DNA of 58,597 bases, filler included, from Diploschistes diacapsis (Eukaryota): the NCBI GenBank assembly GCA_023645945.1. It is 4 parts of 4 records of this genome, joined end to end, with 100 filler letters (N's around TTAATTAATTAA, not from the genome) between each part and the next. Parts side by side here need not be neighbours in the genome. Positions count along the whole stretch, not along the records: positions 44,042 to 58,597 come from JALAIB010000600.1; 3 more parts are not named here. One strand, given 5' to 3'. A program made the position numbers and the translations under genes. The notes beneath the pieces were generated by a model. It searched no databases. It had not been told where the DNA came from and worked only from the letters and a program-made list of their open reading frames with translations. Shown in pieces: positions 49,996 through 58,597 of the stretch (the first letter of the stretch is position 1; every line of letters starts with the position of its first letter).

Positions 49996-52900
49996 TACGC
50001 CGGCTAGGAATGGAAAGATAAATATAAGGCATTTTGGGATTTAAAATAAATATAAGGTCTAATACAGGGATAGAATGTTCCATTCACGTTTTAATGAATG
50101 GTAGCCACTGTACTTAAACGTATGCCATATTATCTAGATTTAGCCGAAATCCTTCTTAACGTGTCTCGTTTTCCTTTTTTATAACCTGAAGCGCAGTCAA
50201 TCCTCGCAGAATGATATCCTTCTTTTTAAGAATCTCGTTGTTTCGTAACCATAATCTCGGTGACCCCAATAGGCTCGGAAATTTAAATAGCCGAGCCGAG
50301 ATGCTAATTAAATAAAGAAACGGGCTGCCATAAAGCTTCGGCACTTGAACTGCAATTTCAATTATGTTTACCGACGTTGAAGCGGGATTTAAGAAGTATT
50401 AGTGATATCTTAATCTCGGGAAAGTGTAATCCGCCAATTAACGATAATTACAACGTGCTTAATTAAATATTAAATAACAGATTAAAGATAGAATCTACCT
50501 TACTTACGGACCAGTAATGATGTAATTAAATATTAATATTGTATCACAATTAAACCTTAAATTAAAAATTAGGTCTTTTATTAGGCCTTAAAACCATCAT
50601 ATAAGGATATATAACGCCCGGGTAGCTAAACGTTTCTTATGATACGACATATTTTGCCAGTATTTAGAAGTATTTTAATTATTTGATAATTTAATCCGAA
50701 GATAAGTTAAATAGAATAGTATTAAGAATATATTATAATATTAAACGAAAATATATTATAAGGCGTAAGACGGTATACGATCAAAATTTATAAACATATT
50801 ATATAGATTTAGTATTATTCATTTTCGGCGATATAGCAGATTAATGAAACTTTGGATTTAGAAAGATGTGCGAAAGTAAAGCAAACGAACCTTGCTCTCC
50901 GGACGCGACGGCCTAAGGATGAGACCAGCTGCAGAACAGAGATTGCAGAAAGGTAGCTAAAGAGACAATACAGGTAACAAAAAAAAGAAAGGAAATACAA
51001 AAGGATAAGAAACTTAAGCAATATAAAAAGAAAACGAGGGGATAGAAGGAGGTTGATATAGAACGGTAAGTTAACGCTATATTCAATTAAGAGGTAATTA
51101 AATCCAACGACCAATCCGGCGGCGACTACTAAATCTAAATTACCGTATCGTACTCAAAGCCAACGTCAAATACATCAGCGTATAAACCTCCTTAAATAAA
51201 CGTGACTAGCAAAAATCTCTCAACGTAAAAAGAAAATCGGCCAAAGAACCGTTATTACTATATCAGATTCAGCCCTTTATAGTTTTTAAACCTTATTAAA
51301 AAAAAAGACGTTCACTCGATCGAAATCTAAACAATTCTCGTTATAAAAAATTAATAACTAAAAGATCGTGTCCATAATAAAGAATAGAAAGAATCAGGAC
51401 GCGCTTCTTCATGCTAAGCATTCGTATAGGATATCTAAGCTTCTTAAATAAGGACGTGAGGGTAGGAATTTTGATCATTTTGAATTGAAGCTATAGTCAG
51501 CGAGCTGATCTTAAGGTATACGATTACGATAGTCTTCAGGTCAAGCAGTACACGTACACGCGGAAACCTGATACTAAAGTCTATGTTTGTAATTATTAGG
51601 ACACGTAGTAAGCGGGAATCAAAGATTCCTGAAAGAACCAATCCTAGCTGAATCAACGGAATCCTCGATCGGTTAAACTCATTCCAAGACCTCCGGGAGT
51701 TATTCTATACTTTGATTATACCAACAATCTTTCTAACTATGCTACCACCTCGCTTTAGCATGAATTACAATTAATTAATGATTTTGAACCTAGCTCGGAA
51801 AGCATCGAATAATCCTGACCTCATATCGTAACTTTCTACCTAAAAGTACATAATAAATATTATTTAATTAAAGATTTCGAATCCATCACGTTAATAACTT
51901 GTAAATCCGTTTTATAAAGCTACGAGGATATAACGTAATTTAAGAACGATATTATAGTTTATACTTAATGCGACTTCTTGGAATCGACGTCGACGATAGA
52001 ACTTTATATTTGTCCTATTGCGTAAAACGCCTGGCTGTTCAATACAATAATTCTTAAAACCCGATCCCCGAAACGAAGGATTCTAAATTCAAATGATACT
52101 CATATACTCCCGCACGACGTTCAATGAGATAATTCACATATACTTCGCAATCAAGATCACAATCCTTACATTTCGATTTTTTAAATAAAATATCTAATCC
52201 GAATTCAATTAAATAGATGTTAAAAGCAAAAAGACATATTATCGAAAATACGTCTTGCTAATTTGTATATAATTCTCCCATTAATGAAGAATAGAACTTC
52301 GAGGCATGTTATACAACGCAATAAAAATGACAACAAACGTTCATTACTTTAATCTTAAGGAATACTTTTTCGAAAGTGGTTTGAATTTCTTCCCTACCGC
52401 CGCTTTCCATAAAAGCACCTCAACTTTCTCATACTATAACGAGAATTTTTATCCGTTTCCGTTGTTTCTGATTGCCTGGCGAAATAGACATTCTTTTCTT
52501 CAAGTTCTTCGGACTGGTTTTGCACAGCCCGCAAATACGCCGATTAAGAGAATTATGGTCCGTCGATCCAAAATATGACCGCAAGTACTACTGTTTAACA
52601 AATCAATCCATATATTAAGGAAATGTATATAACGGTCTATCTATATTTTCGGTGCGGATCGAAAGGGTCAAGTCTTGGTCAAGATGCCGAACGTAGAAAT
52701 CGAACGGCGTAAAATAACGATAATAAGCTTAATAAACGTTTTTTAACAGGCCTACCGTTATTAATATCTCGTTATCTAAAATAAATATAACTTTCTCGAT
52801 ATTAAAGATCTTTATAATCTAAACGAGAGCGAGTTCCGGCAACTTATAACGAATCGTCTTTCGATAACGATATAATCCGTAACTCGTAAATTCCGATAAT

Positions 52901-55869
52901 TCATTTAATTCAAAATATAATCGTAAAAAAAATAAATTTATAATAATTTTAAAATTATCGTTTCGTGTTTAAAATTATACTAAGATTTATTACCCGAGGT
53001 TTTCGATCTGATTTAAATTATTTATAACCGCAGCCCCGTTAAAAAAAGAGATATTAAACCGTATAAAACTACCCCGATATTTCCTATTAACGTCGTTAAT
53101 GAAATTACGTTACTCGTTTTCGCCATCGAAGATTCCGCGAAGTTACTTATACGTTCGAAAAACGAACTTATCCTTAAAGATATACCGGAAAAACAGGACA
53201 TTTAATTACCGAATAAGGTCGATTCCCGTTTTTAAAAATAACACGAAATCGGGCCGAGAAAGCAACGATTAGATAAAACGGTTTTCCTATAAAGTTAATC
53301 GTATTAGATTATTTCGCTTAAGATCTCCGTTCTAGAAACTACTTACGTTCGATATATCGATTATTTCGAACAGATTTAGAATCGTTAATATATTAATCGC
53401 GATGCTGCGAGGGGTCTTACACGGGTGCAACAGAGGTAACGCGGCCTTTATAACTAAATCAACGTTGTTCTATTGGAATGATCTATATTCACGCTTCCCA
53501 CAAAAGAGGCTCATCTAAAATATCCTCGGGCCGCAAGTGCTTGTATCTTGGATCGTTAGACCAGCCCATTTTAATTAATACCGGAGGCCTTTATTGCATT
53601 TATTTTGTCGATCGTCTAAACCGTTATAATTTGAAAAGACGAATGTCGAGACGTCCGTAATGTTCAACGTTATAATTACTACCTTTATATCGGAACTCGT
53701 TAAAAAAACATCGAACATTCTCCTATCGTTACCGAAAGATTCCTTTAAATATTCCTCGAGCGCCCAAACGCTGTAGTAACCGTCGGAAAAGAAAAATTAT
53801 AAATAAAAACGATAACGGTTCAGAACCGTAAACTCACTACGCGGCTTTCGAAAAATTCTTTTTATTATAGCTTTAAAATGCTCGATCGATCGAGAGATAG
53901 ACCAGCCTTAAAGGAACAAGATTACCGCGATAAGTCCACTTAACGAATCTATTAATTATAAAAACGACGGCGTTAATAAAACTAAACCAGAACTCGTCCC
54001 GGCCACGAAATCGAATAGATCCTAGACCGCGCAGGTCTTGCCCAAACGGCGTTACACCATCTCTAAGAATTCGAGAAGTACGATTCTCCTGATTCCTCCT
54101 CCGTCGATGCTGAAAATAGAAACACCCGCAGTCTTAAGTTTTAACTACACGGTAAACCTACCGGACGAATATAAGAAACACGACTCGATTTTAAACGTAA
54201 TATCTATTATCGACATTTCCGACCTAAAAATACGAATACAAAATTTACATACGGAATAACGGCACGTAAAAAAATACTCCGGTATTTAACGAATATATAT
54301 TATATAAATCTTATTAATTCTTATGTCCGACAATTAATGTCTATTAATTTTAAAATTCCGGGCATAGATTTTACGGGAATCCTAAGTTTCGAAAAAATAA
54401 AAGAAAGTAATAAAAAAATCTTCGATACGTTAGTAATATTAGAAGGAAAGGTCGGAATCCTTTTCAACCTAAGCTATCCGCAACGCGCCGAGATAAAGAA
54501 ACTTATAAAACGTCTCGAAAACTTCTTTTAACGAGAATTTTGATCGAGGTTAGTCGTGATAAAGAAAATTTAATTAATCGTTCATTATATATAAATAACG
54601 GATAAGCGTCGAACAGCACCGTAGAAACAATAAAAGAAATAATCGCATCGTAAGGGACCCTTGATTTAACGGCTAGAACAAAAAAGCGTGTTAAATAATC
54701 TTAGAAGGCGATACTTGAAAAATGTCGCCGCCGGCTTTCGAGAATAAAATCGAAAAATCGAGTAAACGTTTTCGCCGTGTATTGTACAACCTAGCCGAAC
54801 AGAACCGAAAAATATAACGCGCTAAAAAAATAATAATTATTAATACGGATCTAACGTATCTACTAAATATATTTCAATAAGCTATTTAGCAACGAACGGT
54901 ATCTAATTTAAGAAAAAATATGATTTCTGGGAAAATTCAAGATTAATATTTCCGAGTAACAGTCGTATAGATCCGGTTCTCCTTCTCGAAGTAACTCGTA
55001 ACGTAATTTATTAACCTCGAATTAATATAAAGTCGAACTTTTTTCTATATTAACGTAAATAATGACGATTCGAGATCGGATCTACCGCGAGGCGCGAGAC
55101 GCGGAAGAATACTTTAAACAAACCCGGAAGTAACTGATTACGCCCTATAAACCACCGAAATCGTCCGCGAAAATATAGATAACATCGGCGAACGGAAAGA
55201 AAAGCCGCGCATAAAACGCTGTCCATAAATCGCTCCGCTGCGACTATCAAGCGATCCTATACGTCTTTTTCTTATAACAGTTTATATAATTAAAAAGTTT
55301 CAATAACGGTAATCGCACGTCGCTTTCCGTTATATACAGAAGATTGTCCGCATATATCGTCGCCCGATTGACACGTAGACTATTACTTACTTCTCGCGTT
55401 CCTTTCTTTAAAGGATTTAGCCTAAAGAAATGCGGTAATGCATTATCCTTGGCGCCTATTCCGGGGAAGAAAATCAGAGAAGGTTTCTATCTTACAAGAT
55501 CGGAAAACGTGCGGCAAACCCGGTTCAACCGGCTAACATCGCATAAGAATAAAGAATCGTCCGACGCCAATTATAGCAATATTACGTAAGAATAGAAAGA
55601 TATGGCAAATAAGAAAAAACGAACCGTGATAATTTTCCAGTATTAGGAATGATAAGTACTCCGAGTATTAAATGATTTAGGTCATTAAGTTTAAAAGTAG
55701 AATACCGCTGCCGAGGGTGTTTTACTTATTCAACATCGTTTTTTAGGCGAGTACCTATCGTCGCCTTTATTACTAGAAAGCATGGCTCGCAATTCGAAAG
55801 ACACGAGTTTCTTCATTTTAAAGTCGCTTAATTCAAGTTTCGGCCTCGATAGCCAACATATCGGTTCCG

Positions 55870-58400
55870 AATGTGATATAAAAAGAAATGTAAAAGAGTT
55901 TCTTTGACACGGTTAATATCGTACTATGCAACATCTCTTACGAGAACGATTCAATTACTGGTTGTAGAGGGCTGGACTATAAAAACATAACAAGATTGAT
56001 CAGGATCTTCGAAATAGAAAAATGCCGTCCCGAGACCTGGCCCGTCGATGCGGTGGTATGTCCAGTTATTCTACGTAACGCCCTCGGCGCCTCGAATCTA
56101 ACCGCGGACGATTTACAAAATGGAAGCGGGTTCCTGCAACTGCCGCAGGGCACCGAGGTCACTTGCATTCACGGCAGGCATCGACTGGAAACGGGCAAAT
56201 TCCATCTTCCTTCTACGAAGCGATGATAGACCGTAAAACTTTATTAGAAAGGCAAGCTCTGCGGACGCCCGGACGATCCTAACTAACTTCTATAAAATGT
56301 TCGCCGGCGTTATTTTAACATATCCGGGAATACGACCCAAACACGAGCACTTTTAAAGATAGAGAAATATTTCGTTTAATAAAGATACATCAACTCGTAG
56401 GAAACATCAACGGCGCGAATTACTAGAAGTCACTATTTAAGAACAAGAACAAATTAAACGACATATCGCAGCTTCTGCGAGCAGCATCGAAAGATTCGAA
56501 AATGGAAACATTCCTAACCGCGTTAGATTCGCTCCGTTCGTTTCGAGGTTTGTAAATAGACTTCTAGGTTAACTATCTCTACCGATTATTAACGCTTCGG
56601 TATCTAGAAGTAAGAAACCTGCTTCAACCTATAACGTATTCTGACCATCGATTTCAAGAAATGTCGTATTATTTGAACCTCGTTTGCGAATGCTAGACCA
56701 CGATATACGATGATAAACACACTAAAATGTATCTCGACCCGAAGACGGTCGCTTCTCTAGAAAACAAAGCTCCTTTTTATTCTTTAAACGACAAGAAGAC
56801 TTTAAAAGATCTATAACTCCAAAACAACTTGTTTCGCGAAATTAAAGACGCTGCTCAAAGGAATCGCATCTAACGAAACATCTTATCGCTGCGTTACCGG
56901 ATTCCTTCACTTCGAACGTTTCTCAAAAATATCAAATACCTAGAAACATATTTCATAACCGTTCGCGAACTGTTCCCGAAGAATTTCAAAGATTCGATAA
57001 AGGACGCGTTCACAAAGTATTATATCGATTAAACACCTAATATAAAATTCTATAACGTCGAGTATCGGTACGATACAACGAACCTAAAACAAAAACTTAA
57101 GATCGGGTATCTATAAATTTAACTATACGTCTTTCGTAATTTCACCGACTTAACCGACGTCCAGCCGCGAAAGGATGTTAAAAAGTCTAAATCTCTAATA
57201 AAGGATTATAACCCGATGGTTTAACAATTATTTATAAAGATCGTAAGAACGAGCGACTTCGAGTCGAGTTAAATACAGGTATTTATCGTTAAAGACCTTA
57301 TAAAATAAATATGCGAAAATTTCTTACGTCGAATCAACCCGATAAACTATTAAGGCTTATTTAACGACAAATTAGATCGAGATACTCGAGCATTATTTCA
57401 ATATATACGACGGTTAAAGCCCCGTAACAACGTAGTTTTTAAACCGCCCCCCGTCCTTTCCTCGAACTTATCCTAGAATTTATTATTAAAAAGATATTAC
57501 GGACGATCTTTCGAAGCAACGTATTATAATAACCGCCAATTTTTATACTTAAATACCGTATATAATCAATTATCGGAACGTCCGACGAATCGGACGTATA
57601 ATATAATAGAATTCGCGGTCTAAAAAGAAATAATTTTCGTATTCTTCGGTAAACAGGTTTCGCTTTTGGCATAACCGCGTAAATTAAACGAAATTCCCGT
57701 TCAACCGAGATCGAATAATACGATATTCCTTATCACGTAAGCCCAAAACAGTCCTGTCGATACAGAAGACAACGCGATCATATCCGGGACCGCCGACGTC
57801 CAGACGATTAAAGAATTCAACGAAAACAATAATCTACTTATTAACGAGAAAGGTATAGACGAAAGTGGCACCGTGATCATATCCGGGACGACCGACAACG
57901 AAAAAAACGAAATAATTATATCAAAAACCGCCGATAATCGAACCAACGGTAGAAATACTAACAAAAACTCCGACGGGGGTAATGATCCTAGAATTACCGA
58001 CCCCCAGGCTAACGATAGTAATACCGTTGCTGCAATAACAAGCGAGATTATACAATACACGATACAACATCCCATTCGAGATTCTGGCCTTAGAAACAAC
58101 CAGCTAGCAATTATGAACCCTTCTCAACATAAGCTCGAAGACCTCTACTGGAAAAAGACGCTCTAATCGACGAGAAGTATAATACTAACAAATTTTATAC
58201 GGGGGTACGTTCTATAAGAAACCGCGTGGGATACCGAAGAGTATATAACATTATATATAATAATACTGATTTTCGAAGTTCAACCGGTTTTTATGTTCGT
58301 CTCCGACTTGACGGAAATCTTCGAAAAAGTAACCTCTTCTTTTAATCTATTTTTCTTATAAGAATCCACGGACGTAGATTTTATTAGAATTTTTAGGCCT
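55870..58400 (+). pseudogene. RIP-mutated DUF3723-like gene no. 2
   Basis: Reads RGLDYKNITRLIRIFEIEKCRPE, VTCIHGRHRLETGKFHLPSTKR**TVKLY, FKDREIFRLI, LDSLRSFRGL*, RIPSLRTFLKNIKYLE. The 3' boundary is approximate. Confidence 0.75.
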
Positions 58401-58597
58401 ATCAGCTAGTTCTTATTATCTATTAGGAACGCCTATAAACCGGATTCTTTCTTCTTATTTACTAATTTAGTACAAGCTTCTCCTTTCTTGAAACCCGATA
58501 ACATTTAATATATAAAAATATCGATACTGTTTATAGAAATAGAAAGCGACGGTTTAATAAGAAGAAATAGGAATTTATAAGTAAATAAGATAATAAG

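Larger units (their letters stand above)
44042..58597. mobile_element. RIP-inactivated interior of a probable Starship giant transposon
   Basis: Whole contig is AT-rich, TpA-rich and CpA/TpG-poor with TAA/TAG where Trp/Gln codons are expected. It carries relics of a ferric-reductase-like gene and two DUF3723-like genes, recognised Starship accessory families. No captain (DUF3435) or element boundary seen. Confidence 0.7.

Noticed and set aside
52600..55800. Possible DUF3435 captain recombinase
   Set aside because: I looked for tyrosine-recombinase-like motifs (e.g. YxxRR, MGH) and could not find them convincingly.
44042..58597. Mitochondrial DNA or alternative genetic code as the cause of AT richness and stops
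   Set aside because: No mitochondrial genes or RNAs seen; stops are mostly TAA/TAG at expected Trp/Gln positions in nuclear-type genes, as RIP predicts.

Overview
Fungal (filamentous ascomycete, Pezizomycotina-type) genomic DNA with short GT-AG introns and RIP-mutated tracts. The window is four unrelated contigs (1-14588, 14689-29270, 29371-43941, 44042-58597; lengths 14588, 14582, 14571, 14556, apparently length-sorted) joined by artificial N44-TTAATTAATTAA-N44 spacers, so adjacency across spacers means nothing. Contig 1 has QCR8 (3'-truncated) head-to-head with prohibitin PHB1, NHP2, three co-oriented small hydrophilic-protein genes, a SET-domain methyltransferase and two frameshifted genes. 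Contig 2 has a frameshifted FAD-monooxygenase tail, an intact NACHT-like gene with a degenerate P-loop lying head-to-head with a fungal AAA+ ATPase (a 210-bp perfect-TIR MITE sits between them), trifunctional HIS4, an Ino4-like bHLH, a Maf-like pyrophosphatase and a frameshifted NADP-dependent oxidoreductase. Contig 3 has mitochondrial SHMT (truncated), about 9 kb of non-coding DNA with microsatellites, and the APSES regulator StuA preceded by a 165-codon AUG-less in-frame extension. Contig 4 is AT-rich and RIP-destroyed but still readable as ferric-reductase-like, kinase-like and two DUF3723-like genes, i.e. most likely the interior of a dead Starship giant transposon; I did not see the captain recombinase. 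All family calls come from reading motifs by eye, with no database searches.
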